DNA of 64,000 bases from the human T2T-CHM13v2.0 reference genome, Homo sapiens. Location: assembly GCF_009914755.1 (NCBI RefSeq), contig NC_060935.1; one strand, given 5' to 3'. The stretch's first letter is position 1. Every line of letters starts with the position of its first letter. Positions 1-14,322 of this stretch are shown here, in pieces. Below the pieces are notes generated by a model. The model saw only the letters and a program-made list of their open reading frames with translations, had not been told where the DNA came from and searched no databases. The translations under genes and the position numbers were made by a program.

Positions 1-819
1 GTAACTGCCGAATGAGTATGAAAGGGTGGGAAAAACTGTCTTGGCCAAAGAAATACGAGAAGATGGCTAGAGGGTCCTATGATATATTTTGAGAGAGAGA
101 CACAACAGTGGGGCAGCAAACCACCATGGCACATGTTTACCTGTGTAACAAGCCTGCACGTCCTGCACATTTATCTCAGGACTTAAAATAATATAAAATT
201 AAAGTAAAATAAAAAACCAAAACCAAAACGAAATAGAAAAACCAATCAACCAACCAAATAAACAAATAAAAAACAGCAATTAAACCAATTTAGGTTGAAT
301 AGAAGAGAAAAAATCATTAAAGATATTGGGCCTTTTTATTTTCTCGTGGGTTAAATTAACTTCTCCTAGGGATACCCAGGCTCTGAACTAACATATAGTA
401 GGATTTTTGTTAAACTTAAAGAGGTGTAATTATATTTCTATGGTGTGATGGTGAATTTTAGGTATCAGTCTGACTGGATTAACCAACACCTAGGGAACTG
501 GTGCAGCATTGTTTCTGGGTGAGTCTGTGAAGGTGTTTCCAGAGGAGAGAGACATGTGAGTTGGTGAGCTGAGTGGGACCATCATCCCTCAATGTGAGTG
601 GGCACCATTCAATCAGCTGGTAGCTCAGATAAAAGGAAAAGGCCAGAAGAAAGGCAATTTCCTCTTTCTTTCTCCTGAAGCTGGTTCTGAGGCTTTCAGC
701 CTTGAGCTCAGTCAAGACACCGGTATCCTCAGGACATCAGCTTAAAGACAGCCTATATTAGAACTGCTCAGACTCCATAATCAAGCAAACGAATTTTCCT
801 GATGAATTCCCTCTCGTGT

Positions 820-1463
820 AGAATCATGTGTAGCTTGAGGACAGATATATGTTCTGAGAAATGTGTAAGGAGGTTTTATTTATTTACTTTTTGAGATGGA
901 GACCCACTGTGTCACCCAGGCTGGAGTGCAGTGGTGCAATATCGGCTCACTGCAACCTCCGCCTCCTGGGTCAAAGCGAGTCTCCTGCCTTAGCCTCCTG
1001 AGTACCTAGGATTACAGGAACATGCCACTACACCCGGCAAATTTTCTCATTTTTTTTTTTTCCAGTAGAGATGAGGTTTCGCCATGTTGGCCAGGCTGGA
1101 CTTGAACTCCTGGCCTCAAGTGATCTGCCCGCCACGGCCTCCAAAAGTGCTGGGATTACAGGCATGAGCCACTGTGCCTAGCCGGGCGGTTGTATTGTTT
1201 TGACATGATAGAATATACTTATACAAACCTAGATGGTACAGCCTGCTACACACCTATGGTATACAGTACAGCCTGTTGCTCCTAGACTACAAAACTGTAC
1301 AGCATGTTCTGTACTGTATACTCTAGGCAATTGTAACACAGTGGTAATTATTTAGTATGTAAACATATTTAAATACAGAAAAGGTACAGTAAACACACTG
1401 GTATTATAATCTTATGTGACCACCATGTGTGGTTTATGGTTGACTGAATTGGCTCATGAATGT
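820..1463 (+). mobile_element. Tigger3/MER7-like DNA transposon split by an Alu
   Basis: GTTCTGAGAAATG start; ACAAACCTAGATGGTACAGCC...GCTCCTAGACTACAAAACTGTACAGCATG...AAAGGTACAGTAAA...TATTATAATCTTATG body. Confidence 0.7.
880..1185 (-). mobile_element. Alu (S/J)
   Basis: Antisense Alu consensus (CCAGGCTGGAGTGCAGTGG...AAAGTGCTGGGATTACAGGCATGAGCCAC). Confidence 0.95.
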
Positions 1464-2245
1464 ATCTCTACATGTATACATATACATCCTATCATTCTGT
1501 CTGTCTGGAGGGCCCTGACTAATATATAAACTATGGTCTTTGGCAATTTTAAGTCCTTTTCTTTACTCTCCTTTATTTGATAACACTGCTGAATTTTAGT
1601 GAAAGAAATGAAAAATCTTAGAATTGTAAATATTCTCCAGAGGTCATCTAAGTCATTTTAAGGAATTTTTCATAGTTTAATAAGATTAAGACTCAAGTGA
1701 GATGGCAACCACCATCACGTATCAAATTATATCTTATATATGTATTTGGTCAAAAAATTGTGTTTTGATTTCCAAACTAGGATGTTTTGGGGAGCTTTCT
1801 CATTTTTTTCAGTTTCACTATTTTGCATCTCTCATCATTACCTTACTAATTTAAAGCTATGTGTAAATGCCGAATGAATGGATTAACATTCATTAACGTC
1901 TTCTCAATTCAATTGTATAATATTAATACACTCATTACACACATATTTACACACACCTATGTGTACATACATGTATAAATATCAACTCCATATATTCATT
2001 ATGCATACATATCTGTTGCAGCAAACACTAGATATTTCCATTTTTTCAAAACTATATTGAAGAATGATAGAAAACGCAAAATAACAACAATTAGTATCCT
2101 CATAATTCATAAAATCTATAGTAAGAATATGAATTACAAATGGTATCATTGTGTAGATTTAAGATAATGAGATATTTTTAACACTCTAATTTATTATTTT
2201 GTAAAGGAAAGAAGACATAATTTTATCAATATAAGTTTCACTCAC

Positions 2246-2549
2246 CGCTGGGTTCTTTGAAGGGTTCCCACAATGATTCTTCGAGAAATAATTCTGTTAA
2301 GTACTCCTCAAGGTCAGGAGCTCATTCGCCGCAGTACTGAGTTTCAGAGGTCACCAAAACACAGCTTCCTCTAAGTGCGCTCCTTCTCCTTTGGAGAAAA
2401 CTGAGCTTGTCTCTTCTATGTCCTTTTATAAGAATCTGTGAAGGCCACACCCACCTCTTTAAGTGGGTGGAGTATTGAGAAAGGTTGAGAATAAGATGAT
2501 TAGGTTTATGCAGTATTTAGATCGCACCTTTGCACCGCTGATTAAATTA
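2246..2549 (-). promoter_or_regulatory. Promoter and non-coding exon 1 of the inverted TRIM49D paralog (rest of gene lies left of the window)
   Basis: Exact mirror of 5817-6120: DUX4 consensus TGATTAAATTA at 2539-2549, TATA, exon 1 with donor read on - as GTGAGT ending at 2240. Confidence 0.8.
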
Positions 2550-3182
2550 TCATCACTCCTTAAAAAACCAGACATCTATACACAGCAGCTCTCCTGTGAC
2601 TGACATTCTTGGTTATTTTCTTGCTTGATGCAATTTTCTTCCTTGAGTCAATTGATTTACTTCTGGAAAGTGGTGTAAAAATTGGTTCCTAATAAAATTT
2701 GCAATTTGAAAATATTCTATCTTGAAGCAGACCAATGGTTAACAACTTTGCAAAACCAATATTTATACCCTTGATAAAATATTTGATTGCTAATGTGTTG
2801 GCTGCTGGATTTCTCCCAACAGAGAACATCTTCAGAGTTATTCTTCTCTGCTAAGAGAACATTTCTCTTTTGTCTCCTGGTCTCTGTATGTCTGAGGAAC
2901 CCTTTTCTATGTCATCTGGTAACTTCTCATTTTATTTTTTCCTTGTATAATTTTGGACCAGTCCATGCCATCTTTTCCTCTCATTCTTCCCTATATAGCA
3001 ATGAATTTTGTAAAATAAAGAAAATGGCAAGAAGAGAGGAAGAGGATATCAGTGAAGAGGATGTCATGCTGGACACCGTGTTGTTCTTGGCACACACTGC
3101 ATGCAATCCTCACTGCCATCAGCAGGGTGGCTTTTATTCTCACATTTTTTTTGATCTATCTAATAATGGGAGGGGAGAGTAA

Positions 3183-3353
<171 letters not shown>

Positions 3354-4242
3354 TAGCTCTTACTGGATCTGACTACCAAGTCTACCCTTACATATACGAT
3401 ATTTTTTCCATAGCTCCACTTATACATTTAGTTAAATAGTTTTCAAAATAATAACATTTTAAAGCTAAATGAAGTCAATATGATTTTCAGTTACAAAGCA
3501 ACACAAAATAAAAAATAAACATATCCAAATAAAAATTAAACAGAAACAATAAAATATCTTTAAAAGAACAGTATTTCTATAATTTTCCTTCTTAATTTTT
3601 AAACAACAGAGTAAAACAGATCAACTTCACAATTTAACTGAAAGATGATTTACAAATTGTCTGAAAACACTAACTAAAGCCAATAAAACTTTCTCTAGCC
3701 ACAGATATGACAGCCGTGAACACTTTAGGGTAACCAACAATTGTTTTGTCTATTCTCAGGTTAGAGCAGAAGGACCCTCAGCTGCCGACCAGTGGGACAT
3801 GACAATGCCAAGAAATCTGGGCCACAAACCAGGCCATTCCCCTGAAAATTTGCTGTAGCTTCCTTGGAGCTAAAAAGCCAAGATTCCCAACAGTACCCAT
3901 GGGCAGAGGGCTTAGGTACCTGGTCAGTTACCTCTCTAACCACTCACTGCTGCATCAAGCAAGAAAATAACCAAGAATCTCAGTCACAGGAGAGCTGTTG
4001 TGTATAGATGTCTGTTTGTGGCAGGGGGTCAAGGTATTCATGCTGCAGAAGACAAGCTGGAATCTCCCTCCACCCCCATTTCGACCCAATCAAGGGCTCT
4101 GATTCCTTTCATAAACCTGCCTCTAGTCTTCCCCACCTTTCTCTGTTCCTATCCCCTCTCTAATTGCTGGATGAGGCTGTGCTGCTGCAGCCGACTGTCT
4201 GGCCCCTGAGCATTACATCCCCATACTCCAGGCCTTTATTCA

Positions 4243-4446
4243 TCACCAAAACAGCATGGTACTGGTACAAAAATAGGCACATAGACCAGTGGAACAGAAT
4301 AGAGAACCCAGAAATGAACCCAAATACTTAACAACCAACTGATCTTTGACAAAGCAAACAAAAACATAAAGTGGGGAGAGGACACCCTATTCAACAAATG
4401 GTGCTGGGATAATTGGCAAGCCACATGTAGGAGAATGAAACTGGAC
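4243..4446 (+). mobile_element. L1 ORF2 fragment (L1PA/PB)
   Basis: CCAAAACAGCATGGTACTGGTAC...TGATCTTTGACAAAG...TTCAACAAATGGTGCTGGGA is canonical L1 ORF2. Confidence 0.9.
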
Positions 4447-4448
4447 TT

Positions 4449-4885
4449 TGTGGCATAGACAAACTTTCTTATTGTTATTCAATGAAACACTCACGTAGGA
4501 CCTACTGGGAAGGTATTTTGCAGATGTAACGAAAGGTCCTGCTCTTGTAACTAGCAAGTGTACTCAGGTAAGCCTGACTTCATCAGTGAAAGTCCCTTAA
4601 AGAAAGACATAGGCATTCCTTGAACAACATTTAAAATAGCGAATGGGACTGTAATCTTCCAGTTGCCCCCTAATGACTTTGGACCAAAGTTTTGAATCCT
4701 GACCATTGGGATCCAGCCAGCTGAGGATTTTTCTTCCTAACTGACTTTAACAGGGATCTCATACTTGCTCAGGCAGCCCATCAACTGTGGAAACCGGTTC
4801 CTTGCACTTAATTCATATGTGAATCTCCCTAAGTATTCATATATATTATGGGATCTGCTTTGATTTTTGAACCGTGACAGACATA
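4449..4885 (+). mobile_element. Old MaLR/ERVL-type LTR (MLT-like)
   Basis: GGTATTTTGCAGATGTAA...GCCTGACTTCATCAG...CCCTTAAAGA and a terminal TCTGCTTTG...GAACCGTGACAGACATA resemble MLT LTRs. Confidence 0.5.
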
Positions 4886-5059
4886 GGGCTGACAGATTTG
4901 TCTTCACTGTTCTGACACTCTTGAATATAAGTCTTGTGGGGGCTATTGGCAAAGAATTCCTCTGTCAGAATATATTTGAGTAGCCGCTTCTTAAATCTCT
5001 TTTCTTTTTTAAATTGTCACATGACAACAAAAATATTTGTTATAGAAAGAAAAATATAA

Positions 5060-5175
5060 TCCATCCCTATCATTTGGATTCTGTATTTGTGAATTAGCCT
5101 ACGTCCTAAAACTTGTTTATAATCCCCAAATTAATTACTATATTGCATTTCTAGTCATGGCAGAACATCATGCAC
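5060..5175 (+). mobile_element. Tigger4-like fragment
   Basis: GGATTCTGTATTTGTGAATTAGCCTAC...TAAAACTTGTTTATAATCCCCAAA resembles the recalled Tigger4 5' end. Confidence 0.55.
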
Positions 5176-5380
5176 CATGTGGAGAAAAGCATTAAAATAA
5201 TAACTCGTATTTCACCCACGAGATTGGCAAAGGTTTGGAAATTCAGTAAGAGACCTCAAATTAGTAGAGTTATTTGGTTAGTCAGTGATTTCTCTTAGAG
5301 TGGTAGAAAACAAAAAAAGTTTTATCTTCCTGTTGGACTTCTCTTCGAATATCCTATAAATGTACTAAAGCAGCATTTAA

Positions 5381-5670
<290 letters not shown>

Positions 5671-5816
5671 GTGCCCTTAGAGGAATGCCTGTATCTTGGA
5701 TGAAGCTCAATAAACAGTATAAAATGCATCTTAGTTAATTTCCAGTGTATGTCAAATCTGATAGGATTTATGTTACATATGATTCATTTAAATCATGGTT
5801 TTTTAAGGAGTGATGA

Positions 5817-6120
5817 TAATTTAATCAGCGGTGCAAAGGTGCGATCTAAATACTGCATAAACCTAATCATCTTATTCTCAACCTTTCTCAATACTCCACC
5901 CACTTAAAGAGGTGGGTGTGGCCTTCACAGATTCTTATAAAAGGACATAGAAGAGACAAGCTCAGTTTTCTCCAAAGGAGAAGGAGCGCACTTAGAGGAA
6001 GCTGTGTTTTGGTGACCTCTGAAACTCAGTACTGCGGCGAATGAGCTCCTGACCTTGAGGAGTACTTAACAGAATTATTTCTCGAAGAATCATTGTGGGA
6101 ACCCTTCAAAGAACCCAGCG
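5817..6120 (+). promoter_or_regulatory. TRIM49D promoter and non-coding exon 1
   Basis: DUX4 consensus TAATTTAATCA 5817-5827, near-consensus TAAACCTAATCA 5858-5869, CACCC/GGGTGTGG boxes ~5896-5921, TATAAAAG 5936-5943, Inr-like TCAGTTT ~5962-5968, donor CG|GTGAGT at 6120/6121. Confidence 0.8.
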
Positions 6121-6840
6121 GTGAGTGAAACTTATATTGATAAAATTATGTCTTCTTTCCTTTACAAAATAATAAATTAGAGTGTTAAAAATATCTCATT
6201 ATCTTAAATCTACACAATGATACCATTTGTAATTCATATTCTTACTATAGATTTTATGAATTATGAGGATACTAATTGTTGTTATTTTGCGTTTTCTATC
6301 ATTCTTCAATATAGTTTTGAAAAAATGGAAATATCTAGTGTTTGCTGCAACAGATATGTATGCATAATGAATATATGGAGTTGATATTTATACATGTATG
6401 TACACATAGGTGTGTGTAAATATGTGTGTAATGAGTGTATTAATATTATACAATTGAATTGAGAAGACGTTAATGAATGTTAATCCATTCATTCGGCATT
6501 TACACATAGCTTTAAATTAGTAAGGTAATGATGAGAGATGCAAAATAGTGAAACTGAAAAAAATGAGAAAGCTCCCCAAAACATCCTAGTTTGGAAATCA
6601 AAACACAATTTTTTGACCAAATACATATATAAGATATAATTTGATACGTGATGGTGGTTGCCATCTCACTTGAGTCTTAATCTTATTAAACTATGAAAAA
6701 TTCCTTAAAATGACTTAGATGACCTCTGGAGAATATTTACAATTCTAAGATTTTTCATTTCTTTCACTAAAATTCAGCAGTGTTATCAAATAAAGGAGAG
6801 TAAAGAAAAGGACTTAAAATTGCCAAAGACCATAGTTTAT

Positions 6841-7921
6841 ATATTAGTCAGGGCCCTCCAGACAGACAGAATGATAGGATGTATATGTATACATGTAGAG
6901 ATACATTCATGAGCCAATTCAGTCAACCATAAACCACACATGGTGGTCACATAAGATTATAATACCAGTGTGTTTACTGTACCTTTTCTGTATTTAAATA
7001 TGTTTACATACTAAATAATTACCACTGTGTTACAATTGCCTAGAGTATACAGTACAGAACATGCTGTACAGTTTTGTAGTCTAGGAGCAACAGGCTGTAC
7101 TGTATACCATAGGTGTGTAGCAGGCTGTACCATCTAGGTTTGTATAAGTATATTCTATCATGTCAAAACAATACAACCGCCCGGCTAGGCACAGTGGCTC
7201 ATGCCTGTAATCCCAGCACTTTTGGAGGCCGTGGCGGGCAGATCACTTGAGGCCAGGAGTTCAAGTCCAGCCTGGCCAACATGGCGAAACCTCATCTCTA
7301 CTGGAAAAAAAAAAAATGAGAAAATTTGCCGGGTGTAGTGGCATGTTCCTGTAATCCTAGGTACTCAGGAGGCTAAGGCAGGAGACTCGCTTTGACCCAG
7401 GAGGCGGAGGTTGCAGTGAGCCGATATTGCACCACTGCACTCCAGCCTGGGTGACACAGTGGGTCTCCATCTCAAAAAGTAAATAAATAAAACCTCCTTA
7501 CACATTTCTCAGAACATATATCTGTCCTCAAGCTACACATGATTCTACACGAGAGGGAATTCATCAGGAAAATTCGTTTGCTTGATTATGGAGTCTGAGC
7601 AGTTCTAATATAGGCTGTCTTTAAGCTGATGTCCTGAGGATACCGGTGTCTTGACTGAGCTCAAGGCTGAAAGCCTCAGAACCAGCTTCAGGAGAAAGAA
7701 AGAGGAAATTGCCTTTCTTCTGGCCTTTTCCTTTTATCTGAGCTACCAGCTGATTGAATGGTGCCCACTCACATTGAGGGATGATGGTCCCACTCAGCTC
7801 ACCAACTCACATGTCTCTCTCCTCTGGAAACACCTTCACAGACTCACCCAGAAACAATGCTGCACCAGTTCCCTAGGTGTTGGTTAATCCAGTCAGACTG
7901 ATACCTAAAATTCACCATCAC
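6841..7921 (-). mobile_element. Mirror copy of the MLT2 > Tigger3 > Alu nest (Alu on + at ~7181-7486) in TRIM49D intron 1
   Basis: Reverse complement of 445-1525. Confidence 0.75.
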
Positions 7922-8713
7922 ACCATAGAAATATAATTACACCTCTTTAAGTTTAACAAAAATCCTACTATATGTTAGTTCAGAGCCTGGGTATCCCTAG
8001 GAGAAGTTAATTTAACCCACGAGAAAATAAAAAGGCCCAATATCTTTAATGATTTTTTCTCTTCTATTCAACCTAAATTGGTTTAATTGCTGTTTTTTAT
8101 TTGTTTATTTGGTTGGTTGATTGGTTTTTCTATTTCGTTTTGGTTTTGGTTTTTTATTTTACTTTAATTTTATATTATTTTAAGTCCTGAGATAAATGTG
8201 CAGGACGTGCAGGCTTGTTACACAGGTAAACATGTGCCATGGTGGTTTGCTGCCCCACTGTTGTGTCTCTCTCTCAAAATATATCATAGGACCCTCTAGC
8301 CATCTTCTCGTATTTCTTTGGCCAAGACAGTTTTTCCCACCCTTTCATACTCATTCGGCAGTTACATGAAAGAAGAATAGGAACAACTACAATTTATTCT
8401 AGGCCACTTAGAATCAAACCCAATTTCCAGATCCACATTCAGAAAAATGGGAAATTGAATAGATTGGTATTGTGTTACAGACAGGCACTAGGAGTAGAAG
8501 GGGTTGTGAGTCATCTAGTCAGTAATATCTACTATAAAGCCGGGAGACTCTCTGTGTGAGATTTTTATTTTTGTTACAGAAGAAATAGTTTGCTGTGCTT
8601 TAATGAACACTGTCAAGAGAAGAAACTATAGCTATCACTTATCTCCACATGTTCAGAAGCTTTTCATCAACCCAGACCCCAAAATGACATGTTGCTCTTT
8701 CTTCCTCAGAAAC

Positions 8714-9612
8714 ATGAATTCTGGAATCTCGCAAGTCTTCCAGAGGGAACTCACCTGCCCCATCTGCCTGAACTACTTCATAGACCCGGTCACCATAGAC
8801 TGTGGGCACAGCTTTTGCAGGCCCTGTTTCTACCTCAACTGGCAAGACATCCCAATTCTTACTCAGTGCTTTGAATGCCTAAAGACAACACAGCAGAGAA
8901 ACCTCAAAACTAACATTCGATTGAAGAAGATGGCTTCCCGTGCCAGAAAAGCCAGTCTCTGGCTATTCCTGAGCTCTGAGGAGCAAATGTGTGGCACTCA
9001 CAGGGAGACAAAGAAGATATTCTGTGAAGTGGACAGGAGCCTGCTCTGTTTGCTGTGCTCCAGCTCTCTGGAGCACCGGTATCACAGACACTGTCCCGCT
9101 GAGTGGGCTGCTGAGGAACACCGGGTAAGTGATGCCTCTGAAGATCTATTTCTGTAAAGGACACATGAAATTCCTGTGGGCCTATTTTCTCGGAGATTGG
9201 GTAAAGCCAACTCTGAGTCCCTTTAAGCAACTCTCTTTTGGGCTTTCTTAGCTTCAAACCTCCGAGATTTGACGAAGCAGAAGGGAAACAGAAGAAATGC
9301 CATTTACTGGGGACTTATTTGTCTCTCATTCTGGGCCCCCTCCCTATGAAACGGTCTGCATGTTACTTTATTGTCCTCACTGGTGCTTCAATTTATGGCT
9401 CTTTTGCAGGAGAAGCTTTTAAAGAAAATGCAGTCTTTATGGGAAAAAGTTTGTGAAAATCAGAGAAACCTGAACGTGGAAACCACCAGAATCAGCCACT
9501 GGAAGGTTAGTCCTGTACTAGTCTACCTTCTCCAGGAACTTATGGTGGGCAAATGGGTGACTCTTAAAATAGGAACTTGATATCAAACCGTAATGTTTCT
9601 GGGAGTCAAAAA

Positions 9613-9644
<32 letters not shown>

Positions 9645-10600
9645 CATTGAGAAAAAGTGGCCTCATTTCTTATGTAGAATAGTGTGACTGTTAGATGGGA
9701 TTTCTAACAAAACCGTTGATGTTACCCAAAGCATGCTGGTTTGTTTTCATACAAACCTGTAGCTATACACCAACAGATACAAGATACTGGGCCATCTCAC
9801 AGCATTCTATATGTGCTGGTTGGATAAATGCTGGGCATGAGAGTTATTTGGCAGTCATGGAAAGCTCAAGTGAACCTTCTGAGCCTGGGTCAGCATTAAT
9901 CTGAATGCTGGTGGACAAGTAGTATTTGGAATTGCATGGAAAATTTGAGGCAGAAAGAGTGACAGGGGAAATCTAGGGCAACCATGAAATTAAGAATCTC
10001 AACTAATTAATATTGAATACTACATAACATATGATGAGAAAAGTGGTGAGAAATATGGATTTGTGTCTTGAGGGAGACATGCAAACATGCCCGAAATATG
10101 GGAACTAGTATCTAAATATAAGGAGAACTCTGAGGACTTCAGAAAAATATTAAAAATGATTTTCTCTTTGTGGATGTATACTCTGAGGGTATGATAGCTA
10201 ATAGTAGTGTGTTGAAAAGTATTTCATAAGAACCTAGTCTATGTTGAATATTAAATTAGAAAATTTGCCAGTATAGAAGAAAGAAAGCATCTTTGTCCTC
10301 ACAAATCGTACAATCCAAATGAGAGGCAAAAATGGTCAACATGCAAATATGTGCAATACATGATGTGTTCGAGTGTGGTAGGTTCTTTGTTGGAGAATAA
10401 TCAAGCAGGGAAGTAGAAAAGGACAATAGAGGCCAGAAACTGGAGATTAGTGTCTGAGTTTTAAATAGGGTGGTCAGAAAAAAGATTCACTGAAAAATTC
10501 AAATTGAACAAAGTTTCAAAGCGGAAGGGGAGCACGAAAGTGTGTATGGATATATATGTGGACCATGAGTGTGTATACATGTATATGTATATGTGTGTTT

Positions 10601-10647
<47 letters not shown>

Positions 10648-13600
10648 TCCAGTTGGAGAGAACAGTATATGCAGTAATTTTGAGTTTGTGTATATTTGGA
10701 GGCCTGGGGAACCACAAAGAAGTCTATGTTTCAGATTGGGTTGACTTAGAAAAAGAATGGAAGGAAATGAATTCAGGGAGACAAAGATGGCCAAATCATA
10801 AATGCAGCCTTATTAGGATAGGTTTTGCTGGGCGAAATGCATTTAGCTGGACATGTTAGTCTAAGGTCATTTCACATATAATGAGTTTAAGCAACTTGTT
10901 ATGTATCTCAGAAATAGAAATAATTATTTCCTTTCTAGTAACTATAGCTCTATACTCCAACTCTTAAGCATGAACTGGTCTTACTTTTCCATAAATATGG
11001 GTTGGAATAGAGAAATTCAAATTGTGTTTTTTTTTTTTATTTCCAACTATCTTAGAACACTCATTATCTTGAATAAATTTAATGTAATTGGTCAGATACA
11101 TCTATGTTGATCTTTATGCAGAAAGAAAGGAAAGGAAAAAAATTTGTGGATTCTAAGAACTGGTAAGACTGAGGTTTAAACTATTGGATGTTCGAGAGAC
11201 AAAAGGAATCAGTGAGATTTAATAGGAGATGGATATATACATTTCTCTTTTGACTAACCCATTATCACTGCAGGATTATGTGAATGTAAGGCTAGAAGCT
11301 ATTAGAGCTGAGTATCAGAAGATGCCTGCATTTCATCATGAAGAAGAAAAACATAATTTGGAGATGCTGAAAAAGAAGGGGAAAGATATTTTTCATCGAC
11401 TTCATTTAAGTAAAGCCAAAATGGCTCACAGGAGGGAGATTTTAAGAGGAACGTATGCGGAGCTGATGAAAATGTGCCATAAACCAGATGTGGAGCTACT
11501 TCAGGTACAAACTCACAATGTGGTTTCAGGTTTTTGAATATTCACATGTATAAGTATTTTCCTCATGGCTGAAATCCATCTCCCTACCTTTATTTCCATG
11601 ATGTGTTTCCAAAAACACATTCGCACAACTAATGCTACTTTATTGGGAGAGTATAGCCCCGCCAAGGGATTCTACCAGGCCAAAGATCCCTCCTACTTTA
11701 TCCACCAGCCACAAAACTTTGTGGAATGGTCAAGGTAACAGCCCCAATAACTATTCCCCAACTAAGTCAATAATACATTTTGGGTTGTCAAACATGTATA
11801 AAATAGTGAGTGATTCATTTACATTTAGGTTAATTTGAGGACATGGCAAGATCAGACGTTTTGGGAATCTAGGCTCACATTAATATTATTTTGGGATCCA
11901 CTCATTTGGGTAATAGGTTCTGGGAAAGATGACTGAGTAGGTTATTCGAGGTTACCATGGAGCATAGACTCTCTGGGCCTCTTCTCCCTTCACTTCTTTA
12001 GAGAATGTCTTCAAGACTCAGACTTTCCCAGGTCATTAATTAGTGACAATACGACTGACTGGGTTTTTCGTTACAGAAGAAATAGAAAATGCTTTGCAGA
12101 AGAGAAGATGGTAGGGAAATAATATCTTGAGGAACTGACTCCAAATTTCACACTGAACTTAATGAAAGATGCATCTTGTGAACTGCACTAAATCTTTCTA
12201 TTTTTTTTTTTTTTACAGGCTTTTGGAGACATATTACACAGGTGAGAGTGTACCTGGATTTTAGCATATGTTCTTTCACTTTCCACGAATATCAAAGCAG
12301 GCTCTACCAAAGTCCTGGCATAAATGATTGAGATATTGATACCACTTTATTTCTTTTTTGCATCTACTTTTGTTCCCACACCAGAAAAGACAAGACCACT
12401 AAGTAAATAAATACATAAATAAATAAATAGTGAAGTAAAATCAAAAAAAAATGTTTATTCCTGACTTTGTTTTATTGCTTAAAAGCCTGCATAGGTGAAA
12501 GATGAAGTTTTGTTTTGTGGATGGTGAGAAAGTCACCAGAGGAAGCAGGAGAGAAGTGGGAGAAGTATTTCAGCAGTGAAAAAGTTGATGATTTGTTGTT
12601 CATACCTATACACATATCAGTTAACAGTTCTGAAAAATAGATTGAAAAAACTGTGGAGTGTTAGAACTGTATAAGTCTCTAGGGAAGCTTGTTTCTAAAA
12701 GGCAGGTCTAGCTGCCTAGAACAAGTTTCACATTCTTTATCTTGAAAAGGAAGCAGCAGATGCAGCAGTCTCCCCAGAACCCCGCTATTTCAGACAAAGG
12801 TGTCAGGGGAGTCTGCCAAGAAGTGGAACTCAGAATTTCGTTTCTAAATATTCTCAAGGCCGTAAGGCTAAGGAACCTTAAACATTTGGGGCAAAAAATA
12901 GGAAAGATCAGACTGAATTCTGACTCAGACTCTCCCACTGTGCTTTAAAATTCGGAAACTGTAAATCGAAATTAATTTCAAAAAGGAAGGAATAATTTTT
13001 GAATTATCAAATTTGTGGGTTCAAAGGATTCTCATGAAATGTCTTTTAAACACAAGTAGTGATTTTTATTTATTTTATGGCTGTAGATGTTGTAACTGCA
13101 GGTTTTTCCTTGCAGGAGTGAGTCCGTGCTGCTGCACATGCCCCAGCCTCTGAATCTAGAGCTCAGGGCAGGGCCCATCACTGGACTGAGGGACAGGCTC
13201 AACCAATTCCGAGGTAAGTCTCCACCCACAGGCAGCACTCCCACTATCTAAATTTTATTATTGTTAGGATCACATAGGTAATATTTCACCCTTTATCAAA
13301 TATTTTACTACTTTATAGACATAAGTGAACAATATAATCATGCAACCCTTTTGTATCTGTGTCTGTATAGTCAGATTTATAGCATTAAGATTAAAAGATA
13401 GTGAAAAACAAATACATTATGGCCTCATATGTACTGAGTAATGTAATGGGAAAAAGGAGTAGTGTAGCAAATCTAAAAAAGGAGCAAATGGAACAATGCT
13501 CAGAATGAAGGTGAGTTATTTAATGTTAAATACAAAATTTTACATTTCTTTGGTGTATTCATTTGAACAGCTAAGAACTGTTCTTTTGGGGAATATAGTT

Positions 13601-14287
13601 CACTGGAGATTCTTGGGGTTTTTTAATTTTTTTAATGGATATATATTATGTATTTCCAAGAAAATTAGTTAATGGGTAAAAATAAAAAGAAATCATTTTG
13701 TGAATACAAGTAAAATTACAAACAAAAAGAAGTTCAGTTTAATTGCAATATGAAAAGCTACATGTTAAGTCTAAAATCCAGCTTCAGCCCCAAGCTAGCA
13801 TGGAGGGCCAACAGAGAGACTGGTAAAAGATTTTGCAGAAATCTGCTTTAAATGATCACTTATGACATGTACTTATGGATTTTTACCCAGTTATCTAGAG
13901 CAGTTCTTGAGTAACTGAACATCTTCACATTCTTTCCAAAATGATAGCACTAGTTTTTAAGAATAAGAAACATTTCTAAATAATGATCTTGATAACAGCA
14001 TAGCATTTAGGGCACATAATGTGCAAATTTTGCTTTGAAAATTGGATTGAAAGAAGTTGGTCTTACATTTGGCTCTCAGTATGTAAGTTTTCAAAACATC
14101 TTTAATATCTGTGGTTAGCGTTTTGTCTGTCTTGTAGATAATATTAATCATCTCTATACTTTATTAGAAGTTACAAGCAAAAGTGTCCTTGTGACTTTAC
14201 GTTTCCTGGTAAATTAACTGCTTGATAGAACAATTTTTGCTTATCTACACATGCCTATGCATGTTTTCTTTCTTTCTTTCTTTCTAT

Positions 14288-14322
<35 letters not shown>

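Larger units (their letters stand above)
445..1525 (+). mobile_element. MLT2-type (ERVL) solo LTR interrupted by Tigger3/MER7 and Alu
   Basis: Starts TGTGATGGTGAATTTTAGGTATCAGTCTGACTGGATTAA, contains GGGCACCATTCAATCAGCTG, ends ATCCTATCATTCTGTC...CCCTGACTAATATA, matching recalled MLT2 termini. Confidence 0.75.
1..2570 (-). repeat. Left arm of large inverted repeat (palindrome); continues beyond window start
   Basis: Position i pairs with 8366-i at every point checked: window start with 8365, the 78-aa ORF 479-715(-) with 7651-7887(+), T12 at 1050-1061 with A12 at 7305-7316. Pairing stops at 2570/5796. Confidence 0.97.
5796..8365 (+). repeat. Right arm of the palindrome (visible part)
   Basis: Reverse complement of 1-2570 with constant coordinate sum 8366 (no net indel). 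Confidence 0.97.

Noticed and set aside
7651-7887. Identical 78-aa ORF on both strands (also 479-715)
   Set aside because: Non-ATG start, antisense to an MLT2 LTR; identity is only a consequence of the palindrome.
8603-8713. 37-aa N-terminal extension of TRIM49D (and similar one at 50553 for TRIM64)
   Set aside because: Lies upstream of a good acceptor (CTTCCTCAG 8709; TTTCCAG 50638); both genes share the AG|AAACATG layout, so the extension is intronic.
10461-10859. THTH/CVCV-rich ORFs
   Set aside because: Translations of a (TG)n microsatellite.
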